From Adineta vaga (lineage: Eukaryota; Animalia; Rotifera), in assembly GCA_021613535.1 (NCBI GenBank), contig CP075493.1:17794001-17858000 (forward strand): a DNA stretch of 64,000 nucleotides. The letters run 5' to 3'. A program made the position numbers and the translations under genes. Positions 12,358 through 25,966 of this stretch are shown here, in pieces. The first letter of the stretch is position 1, and every line of letters starts with the position of its first letter. Under the pieces are notes generated by a model. It saw only the letters and a program-made list of their open reading frames with translations. It did no database searches and was not told where the DNA came from.

Positions 12358-14096
12358 TTAGTTGACGTTGTTAGTTTGTGTGGGTAATTTAGAGGAATTG
12401 AGTTGGATGGTTAAGGCAAGCCCATTTGATCCATGGTGGGATATGTCGGCGCGCATAGTTGTGGATTGTAGATCCGATTGGATGGTAGTCGCTGGTGTAT
12501 TTATTAGTGGTTCCGTCATTGTACCTGTGGTTTTGGAACCGGGAGGTGTCATTGGTAGGGTGCCTATTGATTTATAACCTGTGGGAGTGATGGGCATGGT
12601 ACCAATTGATTGCATGAATGGTGTATTGGTAGATTGAGTAACGGTTGATATTGGTGCTGGACTCATTGGCATTGTTCCTGTGGATGCTTTCATTGGTGTG
12701 TGAAATATTGTTTGTTTCATCGACGTAGATGGTGGGATAATTTCGCTATGTTCTAATGTAATTGTTTCAACTATGTCGTCAAGAGATGAGTATACTTCTT
12801 TGGTTGTTTGACCTAAGTCGCAAATTTGAAGATCAGATAAAGGCTAGTGTATTGTTTTGTAATGTTACTTTGTGATTGACACGAACGAATGGAACTCTCT
12901 TTCTCATGCACTTGAGACTCCTGTATTAGTATAAGGAGAATAGTAATATTTATTTTTTTTATGGAGAAAGGAGAACATCATATTTACATGAAGATAGGCA
13001 ATATTCAATGAATTAGGTGTTGTTTCAGTAGATGAGACATTTTCATGTGCATTAATAGTATTACTGCTGCTTGTTGTTTCTATTTCTGTTGTAGTTGGTC
13101 GTATATATGTTGTATCATATTGTTGACGGAATTCTGTATTATTGAGCAGTTCTTCTAGGGCGATATCAAGAGTTGTATTATTGTTTGAATTATCCGTAGC
13201 CATTTGATGATTGTAGTTCTGTTTGTCCAAATATAATAGATAATCTAAAATATAAAAATCAACAGAGATAATTTATTTTTTCTAAAGTTCAGTTTTAAAT
13301 CAGAAGTCAGTCTATGTAGTTTCGAATAAAACATCAATACAAATGCATAAGTGCTGTAAGCCAAAATTAAAAATGTGCATAATCTACATTTGATTGAATT
13401 GTGGAAGTAAAATGCGATATGTTCCCATTGTTCGAGTTGAAGCAATTCTTCATGATTTCTTCCTAACTGATGCTCTGCTATTAACTGATCAGTGATCGTT
13501 TGAACAGCATCAATTTGTTTTAACTGTTCAATTTCGTCTTCTATTTGCGGTAGATGTTGTAAAACGTGACTGTCTGTTAATTCACTTAATTGCTCTTGTT
13601 CCCATCATGCTTTTGGATCCATTATTTCGTAATTGTGTGCTTCTAAAAATTGCCTGTTGTAGGTATCGTCTATTGATTCTTTCTGCGGATCTGGATGATA
13701 CCATCCTAAATAGAGACGATCTTCCCAGCGCTGATGTTGTGCATGTCTTCTTTCTGCGCTTCGACGCTCGTGACGTCTTCCTTCATGCAGTTGTTTTAGC
13801 ACTATTCGTCGTTCTCATCTTCGTCGACCTTCTGTCCTCTGGGCCAAGTTATTGTACTCGGAAGTGTTTGGGTTCATTGGTATTTTACTTGGAATTATAT
13901 TTATTGGATTAAATGGAATTGATGATGATTGACTTGTAGTTACAATGCAATCAACTAAGAAGTAATCGATACTGACTTCATTTTCGACATTTTCAGGTAA
14001 TGGTTCGTCTGGAACTAAGGATATTTGACTGCTGTTTGTATTAATTCTAAAGAAATATTCAACAGTAATAATGATATTAAATATTTTCAATAACAA
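12358..14096 (-). pseudogene. Terminon coiled-coil / low-complexity accessory ORF fragments
   Basis: ORFs 13815..14096, 13605..13802, 13245..13445, 12904..13230 and 12358..12720. E/Q-rich heptads (LPQIEDEIEQLKQIDAVQ) are interrupted by stops. Thr/Pro-rich repeats are present. They lie upstream of the hammerhead-telomere end. Confidence 0.5.
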
Positions 14097-14504
14097 AAAA
14101 GAGTTATTTCTTTTAAAATATTTCTGAATTAGTACTCACATGGCATGTGTCAAAGCGTTTCTTTTATTTCGTTTCTATGCAATAAAAAGTATAAATATAT
14201 CTAGAAAAAGAAAACAGACCGAAGAGTTTTGTATTTGTCAAGTGTATTTTTATTCAGTTAAAGCTAAATGAAAAATGTTACCACAAAAGAGTGACCTTTT
14301 TGTTTCAAATATACAGTTATTATTCATATAACGAAAAGAAATAATTATCTATCTGTTTACATATATATATATAGTTTTTATCTATAAGATTTCTATAATA
14401 AAAATGATGATATTTACACCTACTTAATGTATTTCAAAGAATAGAGTAGACAATATTTCTAAATATTAGGAGAAAAATTACGAAAACATCAATATAGAAT
14501 GTAA

Positions 14505-15512
14505 AGGGTGATTCCATGGGAGTTGTGACACGTTTACACCGACCCTCTCCAAATCATTTCAAACTTTCAGGGCTTGTGTAACAAACAGTTCTAAGACTTT
14601 TTTGCTCTTGGACGAAAGTTCTAGGACGTCTCGTTCAAGACCTGTAGCCCAAATACCAACCACTCTCTGAGACGGTTTTTCAAAGTACCTTATTCTTTGC
14701 AACACGCGTAGTTTTGCAGTACTTTGCGTTACAAAAATTCGGCTCGAATATTTGGATTCCTCGTCATCAGGGCTATCAAAATCACTCTTTTTAAAAAGTT
14801 TTTGAGTTCGTCTCAGAACCACAGGTCTCTGGAAACCCCTTTCGAGACCCTGGTTTTCCAGGCTCAAAAACTCCATAACTAGAGAACTCTGAAATTCGTG
14901 AAATATCTCATTTGATAGAGCATCAAAAGATCTATCGAACCGTATGTGTGCCGTCGGGGGGGAGTGAGTTTTGCCCGAAGTCGGATTTTCGATGGCAACA
15001 AATTTATGATCTCAGAAAAAACCATGTCAGGGTCTTTGGAAATCCGACTTCGGGCAAAACTCCTTCCCCCCCGACGGCACACATATGGTTTGATAGATCT
15101 TTTGTTGCTCTATCAAACGTGATACTTCACTATGTCCAGAGTTCTCGATTTATCGAGTTTTCGGGCCTGGAAAACCGACCTGTATAACAGGGTTTCTAGA
15201 AACCTTCCCTCTCAAAAAATTTCAAAAAATAGTGATTCTGATAGCCCTGATCATGAGGAATCCGAATCTATCATCAGAATTTCTGTAGCATGAAATGGTG
15301 CAAAACTACGTCGCTAATAAGGAAAATTTATCTGAGAAAAACCGTCCCGGAGAGTAGGCGGTATTTGGGTCACAGCTCCTCAGCAATCGGTGGTATGACT
15401 TTCGTCCAACAGTAAAAAAGTCTCAGAAATGATTGTTATACAAGCCCTGCAAGTTTCAAGCAATTTGGTGAGGGTCGGTTTAAATGTGTCACAAGTACCA
15501 TGGAAACACCCT
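14505..15512. mobile_element. ~1 kb palindromic (foldback) non-autonomous DNA element
   Basis: Ends AGGGTGATTCCATGG... and ...CCATGGAAACACCCT. The arms match as imperfect inverted repeats all the way to a ~45 bp spacer near 14990-15035. Flanks GTAA / TCAA could be a decayed TTAA. Confidence 0.85.
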
Positions 15513-15829
15513 TCAATTAATATTCATGAACAAATAGAATTTCTTCCAAAATCACATCATTTTGAACACTGTACTGAAAAAGAAGAGAAGACAATTTATT
15601 CTTTCAAATTCATCTGTTACTATTGAGTTTTTATATATACTTTTCTCGAAAATTCTTTCATCAAGAGATAATGAATAATATGACTTTTTTTAAGAAACAA
15701 AACACAAAATCAAAGTCATAATATCGAAAAAAAAAATTTCATTTTAAATGAAACAATTCAAATTCATTTTACAAAAATTGTTCAATATAATAAAAATAAA
15801 AATTACTAAATTAAAGTTCTATATGATAA

Positions 15830-16784
15830 GAAGTCTCGAGATTCAATACGTATTAAAAATTTTTATTCCAAATGTAAAAATCATCGTCTTGTTCATTTAC
15901 ATATAAAAAGAAAACAAATATTCTTTATATAATTATTATTATTACTAATCTTATTGGTGGAATTAATACTATTCTTAATTTAATCTCACCATTAATTATT
16001 AAATTTATTTGATAAGGAATTAATTTATATTGAAACAATTCATCATCAAACAATATCAATTCGAATTTATATAATGATTTTATTAATTTCTATGTGTATT
16101 ATAACAATCTATACAATGTTTTCCAACAGATATACACTTCAATCGTTTTCAAATCCTTATGAAAATGATTACAATAAATTATTAAAATCTTATTCAGAAT
16201 AAAATTTCGATCAAATATAAAAATTTTATACAAATAAACACATTATTTCCTGCTGTATGTTCAAGTGATTTCGTCAGTAAAAAATGGCATGATTATCTAT
16301 TCAGTATGGCAAAGTGGTATGATTATGATCGATGTGATATTCGTGTACGTGATGGTGTATAGTTTATATTTTTATCTAAATTATATCAGATATCTCAAAT
16401 AACAATTGATAATGCATTAAATCAATTTTTAAATGATACATTTATTAATACTCATCTGATATCAATATATGAATTTAATTCTCAAATTAATCATATTATT
16501 TTATAATTTCAAAATAATACTTTAACAAAATTTTCTCAACGTTCAAACCTTTTTCATGATATTTTAAATGGAAATGCTTTTATATCTTTCTATTCATTAA
16601 ATTGGTATTTATATAGAGAAAATAATTATACTTTTGATATTGATTTTATTCAACTAATTAAAATGACAAATGGATGTTCATGTGGAATTTATAATACATT
16701 AAATGGTACATCAATATTTGAAATATCTGGATCAAATGTTGGATTTTCAGTAGTCGATACATTATTACATTCAACATTTCAATG
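15830..16784 (+). pseudogene. Decayed fragment of a Cys-containing multi-TM protein
   Basis: Residual frames read IGGINTILNLISPLIIK, SIRIYIMILLISMCIITIY, VCSSDFVSKKW, TIDNALNQFLNDTFI, GCSCG and LLHSTFQ, with stops and frameshifts. Ends at the hAT element. Confidence 0.5.
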
Positions 16785-17575
16785 CAGAGATGGGCAAGTC
16801 AAGTTAAAAATGACTTAAGTCAAAGTCAAGTCAAGTCATTTTTTGACTTGATTGACTTGACTTGAAAATTTTTACTTGACTTGCAGCTTGACTTGACTTG
16901 TAATATGCGGAAAAATTCACGTCAAGTCATATTAAACAAACCATTTGAATATATACTAGACTATTTTTACTTTTTACAAATCAAATATCATCATCATCAT
17001 CATCATCATCAAGAACAGATGCAATATCATCCCTCTCAAGAGCAAATCCCGTAGCTTCATCATCAACAATACCCTCACAATTAGGAAGAAAACGAAAAGT
17101 TCTTTTTCCAAATACACAACGTAAAAATACGAAAAAGCAAAAGATTTGTAAGTTTGCACATATTAAATATGAAATTATTGATTATGTTAATGATAATGAT
17201 TCAGATGCATTAATTCTACTCGACAAATGAAGCAAATACACGTCATTACATAAATTCGCCAGGAAAACACTCACAGTTCCTGCTACTTCTTCACCAGTGG
17301 AACGAATTTTTAGTCAAAGTGGTTTTCTTTTTCGACAATATCGTGCTAAAATATCTAGAAAAACACTGCAAATGTTAACCATGTTGAAATGCAACAAAGA
17401 GTTAATGTAATTTTTTTTCGTCAGTAAATAGTTGTTCGAATTAAGAATATTTTCTGTGTACAAGTCATGACTTGTGACTTGGTAAAACAATGACTTGACT
17501 CGGCTTGATTTGAGTTTTACAGCAAATGACTTGACTTGATTTGACATATAAAAATGCCTGACTTGCCCATCTCTG
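16785..17575 (+). mobile_element. Internally deleted hAT element (791 bp)
   Basis: TIRs CAGAGATGGGCAAGTCA / TGACTTGCCCATCTCTG, many subterminal TGACT/AGTCA repeats, and a residual hAT C-terminal dimerisation motif VPATSSPVERIFSQSG at ~17270-17410. No matching 8-bp TSD. Confidence 0.85.
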
Positions 17576-17846
17576 ATCTATACGAAAAAAAATGCGGAAA
17601 CTTCGGATTTTATCCGAAGGTTATGTGTACTTCAAAAAGTAAAGACAATGACAGATTGATTTCAATGAATTTATCTAAAATAAATCATCCTTGAGCGCAC
17701 TAAGGAACCACCCCTTAGGCCCTGCGGATGCTCTCTTTTTGTCCCGTAGGACGTGGCGAGAAGTTAGTTCCACCGAGGTAATTACTTGCATCACTGGAAA
17801 TTTTGTGTTACCGATTTTCTATATCTTTGGTGAAAGTACTTCTATG

Positions 17847-20800
17847 TTATAAACTCATGTTTATTAGGTCAAAATGCGGTACAAGCTGAGGAGGATTATC
17901 TTGACAAGGTAAAAGAGCATCATAATGTGTACCGGTATAATAAAGACAAAGTCCTATTTTGTTTCTGTCTGATTCATATCCAAGGTATATTAAATGACCA
18001 CCTGCTGTTTTCTTATTAAACCTATCGACTAATTCCTGTAAATTAATGTCTGATGGAATATAATGTATGTTATCTTTATGTACATTTTTATTAAACTTTA
18101 TATATGAATATATAGGACGAGATAGTGCTATAGATAGAGCTTGGATTTGCACTTCTCCTCCCCATACTTTATGTGTAGCAGTTCTTTCTAACTGCACTTC
18201 AAATGAATTTCCCAGTATGTTACAAAGTGTTTGGAAATAATCTTTATTTTGAATCATTGCATTAATTGCCAACAATCTCATCGAATGTGTTAGTTTCTCT
18301 GAGCCAACATTCAATATCGAAAGAGAACTGTATAAACAATTTCCATCTGCAGTCGTACGTGTTCGAGCATAAACTGAATCAAATGCTTGAACAGAATATT
18401 CTGCTCTTGTTTCTAACCGCACGGATTTATCTTTATTTGTCATAGTTATAAACGGTGATTTTTCAATTAAATCAGCGATTACTCGAGCTTGACTTGAAAT
18501 TTGGTTAGCGTCGATAATATTATCAAAACCAAATGTAAAAAGAAAACGATCAAGAATTTTCCTTGAAGTGGAATCAATGATTTCAAACGTCTCTGAAGAA
18601 GAGTTTTCTTCAATTTCCATCATATTAGATGGCTCATTGACACTGAGATCTTCTAATCGTAAAGACACATCTAAGTCAATATGTTCGTTTTCATCGACTA
18701 TTTCATGATGATCGAAAGTCAATTTCTCATCAACTTCCATCGCATCAGATTGGTCATCATTTATAGCATCATCAATATCAAAAGACATATTTGTACGAAT
18801 GTCTTCGGTTTCATTAAGATGAACCTTAGTCAAAACTTTGTGTTTTCTCATCCATATTGGTTTATGAAAACTTGTTAAACTTTCAAAATAATCGGATTTC
18901 AAGCCATTCACATTAGTGAAACAATAGTCAATCTGTGTTTTAGCATTAGTCGAACTTTTATTTAATTTATTAATTAAAGTGAGTCCGAATGATTCCATAT
19001 ATTTGATCAATTTATGATTGGTTTTGATCTTCAAATCTAAATTGAAGTCACCAACAACAACTAAATTTTCACAGAAGCGCTTGGAAATAGTGACAACTTC
19101 ATTCATATGTTTTTTCAAGACATCAAATGAAGAATTTGGTGAATTGTAAACAGAAACGATACAAAGATCATCTACTTTTATGGAAGAGTATTCAATATGA
19201 TCTTTGCCTGAATATTCATATCTTTCGATGATATTTTCGTATTGTAAATCATTTTTTAAATAGATGACTTGACCGAATGGTTTTCGTACATCATGACAAT
19301 CACGTCTGTGAACTATCTTGAAACCATCAATTTCTAAGTTGTCACTAGGTTTTGTCCATGTTTCAACAAGACTTATTATAGAAGAAGACAAAAACGTTTT
19401 GTCAGATTTGACATCTAAAAAATGCTTATTCAACGATTGCACATTATGAAACATCATGTAAAAACTTTCTCCTTTTGATGCCTCGGGAAATTCAAGTGCA
19501 AATTTCAGCATTCGCTCTGATCTCATGGTTTTGAACATCATTGCCACGGCATCATTTCGTTCAGGTGGTTTTGGTGGGACAAACTCACCAATTAAATACA
19601 AACCATTTGTTTTTGTTGCACGACTACAAGCAACATACAATTCAGATCTAGTCATTCCCTTCTTCAAATTGACAACAACCTTCTCGTAAGTACCACCTTG
19701 ACTTTTGTATATGGTCATAGCTTCACAAGGTACAATGGGAAACTGTTTACGTTCTACTTTGAAGTTTGTTGACTTCGTATTTATTTGGCGTATTACTGGC
19801 TCAACTGGTGTAAGACTAGAATCAATATTTCTATTACGCATTACAGTGTGAAAATTGGCTCTAGCTTTTCGTCCAGTTTTTTCTTCATTAAATTTAATCC
19901 ATATTCGACATGGTACTGTTTCATTAGTTTTCTGAAGTTTTCCATAATCGATCAGCACTAACTTTCCACAAGCACCATTGACTAATCCATCTTCAGTATC
20001 AGAATTCACTGTCAACATATACTTAGCACCCACTTTCAAATCGATTCTAAGTGGTAAGCCATAAGTTTCAGTTGTTTTGAGATTCTTTACGTTCTCCAAC
20101 ACTTTTTCTTTCAATGATGCAAGTCCATCACCTATACAAAAGTCATACGCATTGGCAGTTGCACCTTCGGTGTTAAGACTAGCCAATACTTTTGTATTGT
20201 ATGCATCAACTTCAGCATTACTTCTGAATATTCTTATAGAATCTTCAACCATTTCTAGACTTTCAGTAGAAACCATTCGTGACTTTAACAGATGAATATC
20301 TTCATCTGTCATTGTTCCTTTGGCTATATTACTTAATGCAATGGCAAAAGTCTTATCATCCTTTTGTCTCATAATTTCTGTTAATTCAAACAATTCAAAT
20401 AATGACCATAATGGACTGTCTACTAAAGCATTGTATGAATTATTAAACTGAAATATGTATTTATCACCAACTGGTCTTAATTGATTGAAATCGCCTAAAA
20501 CTATGACTGATATTCCACCAAATGGTTTCTTTGTTCTCATTATTTGTTGCAAACGTGCATCGACTTGTTGAAACATTGTAAAACCAACCATTGATATTTC
20601 ATCTATGATTAATAACTGTAAGTCTTTTAATTTGACTCCAATTCTATTCGAAACATCACTATTTAGTTGGACAAGCTTATGTTTGCATTGATTTACTGGT
20701 AGGCTTAAAAATGAATGCAAAGTCATTCCATCAATCAATGCTGCTGCTTTGCCAGTTGGTGCACATAGTGCAACACGAATACTATCTGGATTATATCCTG

Positions 20801-22587
20801 GTAGTGAATTATAGAATCTCAATATTGATTGATATACTGCCTTGATCAGAGTGCTTTTGCCTACACCTGCACCTCCATTGATGAAATGAAAAAATTGATT
20901 TTCACCATTTTTAATCAAGTTCATCACATTTAAAATATATTTCCTTTGATTACTATTAAGATTTCTCATCATTTGCTAATATTCCGTGTCCGGTATCATT
21001 TTAGGAACATTAAAGTGTTCGACTTTATCAGTCTTAGTATTTATTCCCATTTCAACAAAAATATCTCCTTCAGTATTTCCTATTTCATAAATGAGAAATT
21101 CATTTTTATCTTGATCGTAGTCAATATTTGTATCATCAATATCATCGTCGCCATCTTCTTTCGTTTCCATATGTTCTTCGAAAGCTTCGTCGAATTCATT
21201 AGCTTCACGATGAATGTATTCAGATCTTTTCTGTTGAATTATATCTTTGTACAATTCAAACTTTTCTTCATGATTTATATGAATAAGTTCTTCTTCTTCA
21301 TTAGTCCATGGTAGAAACAACATCAACTGCTCTCTATAATAGTTTTCAGCATCTTGATGTAGCTTAAAGTATCTGTATCTTATGATTTTCTGTTTTATTC
21401 TTTTTTTAATCCAACCTTTTCCATTTTTCATTTTCAAAGCAGTACTTTTATCATCATTTTCATCTTCTGTGATATTTTCATCATCAGAATTTTCTGTAGT
21501 TTGAGCAATATCTATTCTTCTCTTTGAGATATTGTACATCGAAGCAAAATCAGCCAGACAAACATTTTCCATTTCGTCAGGCCTACTAGCATACAACTCA
21601 ATTAACTCTTCAACAAAAACTTCTTTTGAATCAGGTTCCAACTTCTGAAGAATTTCATCTGATTTGAGCATAGAAATTCTGTTTTCAGGCCTATTTGTAT
21701 TAATAAATACAGTACTTCTGCTACTGATGGAAATTGGAATACTTAAAATATGATACACAGCTTCTTGTGCTGAAATTTCACTTGAATTCAAAAATTTATT
21801 GGCAATAACTCTAAGACGTTCTCGAACTGTGTTATTGCCTTTTTTTAGTTCGTTTAATGCTTCTCGTAGAAGTTTAGACATGCCGTTTTCAGATTTGTTG
21901 ATGTATTCAACACAGTACTTTAAGCATGCATAAGGATCAAGAATGAATTGAATGTCTATATTTGCTTTGTGTAATGACATTATTTGTGGATTATATGCAT
22001 TGATTCTAACTTCATTTGGAGCACGTTTCAAGAAGACTTTTGCTTTTTTTAAGTCAGCTCGAATCATTTTAATATAATCTTTTTCATTCATATTAATACG
22101 TTCCAAGAATTCATCAAAAGTTAATGAATTATCGATATCTTTTGATAATTTATCAAGCTCCTTCATTACGTTCTCCCTCTTTTTACTTATTTCTTCACGT
22201 TCTTTTCGAGTTAACTTTTCATCGTCATCAAGTGGTTCCAAAATCATAGTTTCTCTCATCGGAAAATATGGAATACCAAAACGACATATAATACAACCAT
22301 TCACATGTTTTTTACAAGTATGTGAATGTTTATGACGTTGCAAACATATAAGTTCTGCAGAACATTGTGTCGGTTTAGAACTAACTGAAATCAATTTATC
22401 AATAAATGCTATACATTCTTTAATTGATTCAGGTTTATTTTTGTCATATTTTGGAGCATTTTTTAACCATATCAAGGCATGAACATGTGGTGAACCACGA
22501 GCTTGAAATTCAATTCTGACATATTTGTCTTCTAATTCATAGCCTTGAAATGGACCAGAAGGAGCTGATAATATCTCCCATAAAGTA
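17847..22587 (-). pseudogene. Helentron Rep (HUH)-Pif1 helicase-APE endonuclease-OTU protease, 3' portion
   Basis: Rep motif 2 EFQARGSPHVH and motif 3 YCVEYINK. Pif1 GGAGVGKS, IIDEISM, GDFNQL, YVACSR. EN FHNVQSL, SLVETW, GDFN, IDYCF. OTU DGNCLY, WGG, HYDAL. In-frame TAG at 20976-20978 separates ORFs 20976..22475 and 17847..20972. Cut at ~22588 by an insertion. Confidence 0.93.
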
Positions 22588-24083
22588 GGATATCTTAGCG
22601 ACGGATTCGACTTTTTCTAGGATTTATTCGTTGTGTTATGCGTTCCAACTGAGATCTCACTGGTTCCAAGTAGAACTTGATGAGCTCTATCGATTCCAAA
22701 AAAAATATTTCAAAAACTCACTTTCTTAACCCCTCAAAAACCCAAAAAACTGCGAAAAAACAACAAAAAAACGTCGAGTTCAGAGTAAATCCGTGGACGA
22801 TTCGCCCCGAGACCCATTCCAAGAATAATGACAATGGTTCCATATGTAACTCGATGAGCTCTATCGATTCCAATCATCAGATTTCCAAAAGATCGCTTCC
22901 TTAATACTCAAAAACCCTAAAAACCACTAAAATTTGCTAAAAATCTTACAAAAACCTTTGCGGATTCGCCCTGAGACCCATTCCAAGAATTCTGACAATG
23001 GTTCCATATGTAACTTGATGAGCTCTATCGATTCCGGAAAAAAAAATTCAAAAAACTCACTTTCTTACCCCTCAAAAACCCAAAAAACTGCGAAAAAACA
23101 GCAAAAAAACGTCGAATTCAGAGTAAATCCCTGGACGATTCGCCCCGAGACCCATTCCAAGAATAATGACAATGGTTCCATATGTAACTTGATGAGCTCT
23201 ATCGATTCCAATCATCAGATTTCCAAAAGATCGCTTCCTTAATACTCAAAAACCCTAAAAACCGCTAAAATTTGCTTAAAATCCTACAAAAGCCTTTGCG
23301 GATTCGCCTTGAGACCTATTCCAAGAACTATGACATTGGTTCCAGATGTAACTCGATGAGCTCTATCGATCTCACACCTCGTTCGTGAATTTTGATCATT
23401 TTATTGCCAAAAAATAGATTAATTACTATATTGACAGTATAGCAACATAGAAAAACATTATGATTGGTTGATTTATTTTAACCAATAAGCTATGAAAATA
23501 TGTCAGATGGCATATTTATCGAATATAAAAAAATTTATTTGTTGTTTTTAAATGAATTGAATTTTTTTCTATTTTAACGACACAAAAGAAATTTCTTTGA
23601 CTGGTTGAAATATTTTACCAGTAGAAAAATATTTATTCTAAGAAATGTGTAGATAGCGCTCTCTATCAGTTTAATGAACATAAAAAGATGACTAGTTCAA
23701 TAAACAAAATCTATTGGTCGAGTCATTTGCGCGAATAAAATGAAATAAATTGGAACAATGTCAATGTCAAACTGTTGTTTGATGGAGAATTATGAATTGT
23801 ATTAAGAAAAAATATTAGAATAAATTTTTGACAGATTTTGAATACGAAAGACAATTTTATTGATGAAAATTAAATGAAAAAAATTTATTTTGGTAAAATA
23901 ATTTTAATAATCGTAAAATATGATTTTTAGGAATAAAAAAAAGAAAAGAAATTTTAAAGAAATAAAATAAAGAATACGTATATTTTGATAAAATTTAATT
24001 TAATTTAAAGAAATAATTTTAAGAATCGTTAAATATAGAATAATTATAAATGAAGAAAAATTTACATAAAAATTGTTGTTATT
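22588..24083 (+). repeat. Left TIR of the foldback MULE with internal ~165-175 bp tandem subunits
   Basis: Core GATGAGCTCTATCGAT at 22679, 22853, 23017, 23191 and 23355, followed by an AT-rich inner domain. Reverse complement of 40373-41476. Confidence 0.9.
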
Positions 24084-25966
24084 GAAAGCAAGATTTTTGC
24101 ATACTGGTTGAATATAAAGTTAAAGTTTATTTTTCAGTATCTTTTAAATCGTGTTTATCAAAACATACTAAGATGCAAATTTAGGTCGGTAATGTAAAAA
24201 TTACTTTTGAAAATCAATCCTATAGTTCTTAAGTAGTTAATAAAATGAGTAATGGTGTATTGTATATTCTTATGTATAAATCATCTAATTAGAAAGATAA
24301 AACGAATATTTGTTTTTCTCGTTTGTTTCATTTCATTTTTTCTTTTTATCTTCATGTGCTGACAGAACGTCTTTTTGATTACAGTTGTTGCATAAGACAA
24401 AAAAAGAATGAGGAAATTGAATATGTTCTTATAATTTTTTTATGTTTTTCGTTCTATGAATTAAGTGATAAGCTATTTGTTGTAAACATTATTTAGATAT
24501 CAATTTATTGGTAAACGTTTTTTCCAGTGATAAGAATAATCTGAAACTGTATTAAATATATGTTTATGTAGAATATATATTTTTATCTAATTTTATTCTG
24601 AATATTCAATATCTATTTTGATATAGATAAAGATCTTTCTAATCTACTACTACAATCAATATATTTCTGTACGAACATAGGAAAACTATTGTATATAGAA
24701 AAAAACTAGATAGGAATCAAATCGTCTATGATATGTTCAAACTTATTAATTTTGTGTTGCAATTTATATTTAACAAGTTTGCCCATGTAGATAAATAGAA
24801 TCAATAAAATAAGACATAAGATTGATATTATAGATATTGCGATATCACGAATTAATTGCTTCACAGTAAATGTTTTTGATATATAATAAGACGGTATGAA
24901 ACTATTGAACAAATTTTGGAATTGATTTTGGTACGATGCCATTAGGGAGCATTTCAAAATTCAAGCCGGTCGGCCGGCCGCTCAACCGTTTAGCCGCTCG
25001 GTCGCTTTGCCGTTCAGCCGTTATGCCGTTCCTAGGCCGTTCAGCCGCTATGCCGTTCGGCCGGCAAATACCTTGAAATGCTCCCTTATCATGTAGTTCT
25101 GTAGCAGAACCTAGAAAACCTCATCGAATTAGACCTACAGATCTAGCGAGAGTGGAATTTGTTTAAATCAGTTTCCCAATATATTTTGATGTGTTTGTAC
25201 ACAATATTCATTAATAATTCAATACTATCATTTCATCTATAATGCGTCTGTCTATGACTATAATGATCTTGTCCATATATTTATGCGTTAATTAATCAGA
25301 TTGTGAGTTACAATAATACGAATAATTCCTATTGAACTTTACTGAGTTTCTAAAATCTGTTAATGTTTATCAAGCAAAAAATAAACGAAAAATCAACCAA
25401 CACTGTCGATCCCCTGCTCGATATAAATGCAACAGAAAAACAAATTTTCTACTTGTTTTATCTTAACAGATCGTACAGAATCTCTATATATCTTAGATAA
25501 AAGAATAATTGAATACTTCGACTTTCTATAAAAAAAACAATCAACTGTTCAATGTCCCTGTAATGGAAAAAGTATCTATCGGATTTTATAGAAATACAAA
25601 GATTTTTTCTTTGCCAGACAAAAATCAATGATTCGCCTGTCCCCGGGATGGGAAAAATATCTATTCACATTAAAAAGAAAAAGATCTTTTTCTTTCATTC
25701 TAAAAAATCAGTATCCCGTATGTCTCGATCAGAAAAAAATATTCATCGAAACCGAAAAAAAAACATTTCCTTCTTTTATTTAAAAATCTATCAGCCTTTG
25801 TCCCGCTTACCAAACAATATTCATAATGAATGAAACTTAAATAACCAAAAAAGAATCTTTTTTTCTTGAGTTTTATCTTTAATCTAAACTTCTTTTTTCT
25901 TAAATGAAACCAAGTAATGTTATTTTTATTTATATACATATATACAAATTACATGTTATTACAAAT

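Larger units (their letters stand above)
5583..14100 (-). mobile_element. Terminon/Athena-type (Penelope-like) retroelement array, decayed
   Basis: Co-oriented minus-strand ORFs: PLE RT N-terminus, unknown multi-exon ORF, DEDDy exonuclease, PLE RT C-terminal domain, coiled-coil ORFs. Hammerhead folds abut telomeric repeats at 11.9-12.2 kb. Outer boundaries are approximate. Confidence 0.8.

Noticed and set aside
14230-14330. Possible third hammerhead (TTACCACA and TTGTCAAGTG resemble the 12-kb motifs)
   Set aside because: The pieces are in the wrong order or spacing, and stems II and III cannot be built around a complete core.
14559-15626. Several short ORFs on both strands
   Set aside because: They fall in or overlap the palindromic non-autonomous element and have no recognisable motifs.
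22677-23242. ORFs 22677..22904 and 22934..23242 (and mirror 41214..41441)
   Set aside because: They lie in the tandem subunits of the TIR and recur only because the DNA is repeated. No protein features.
25648-25939. ORFs 25648..25833 and 25700..25939 (and mirrors 30344..30626)
   Set aside because: Chance frames in the AT-rich inverted arms of the Zator-like element.
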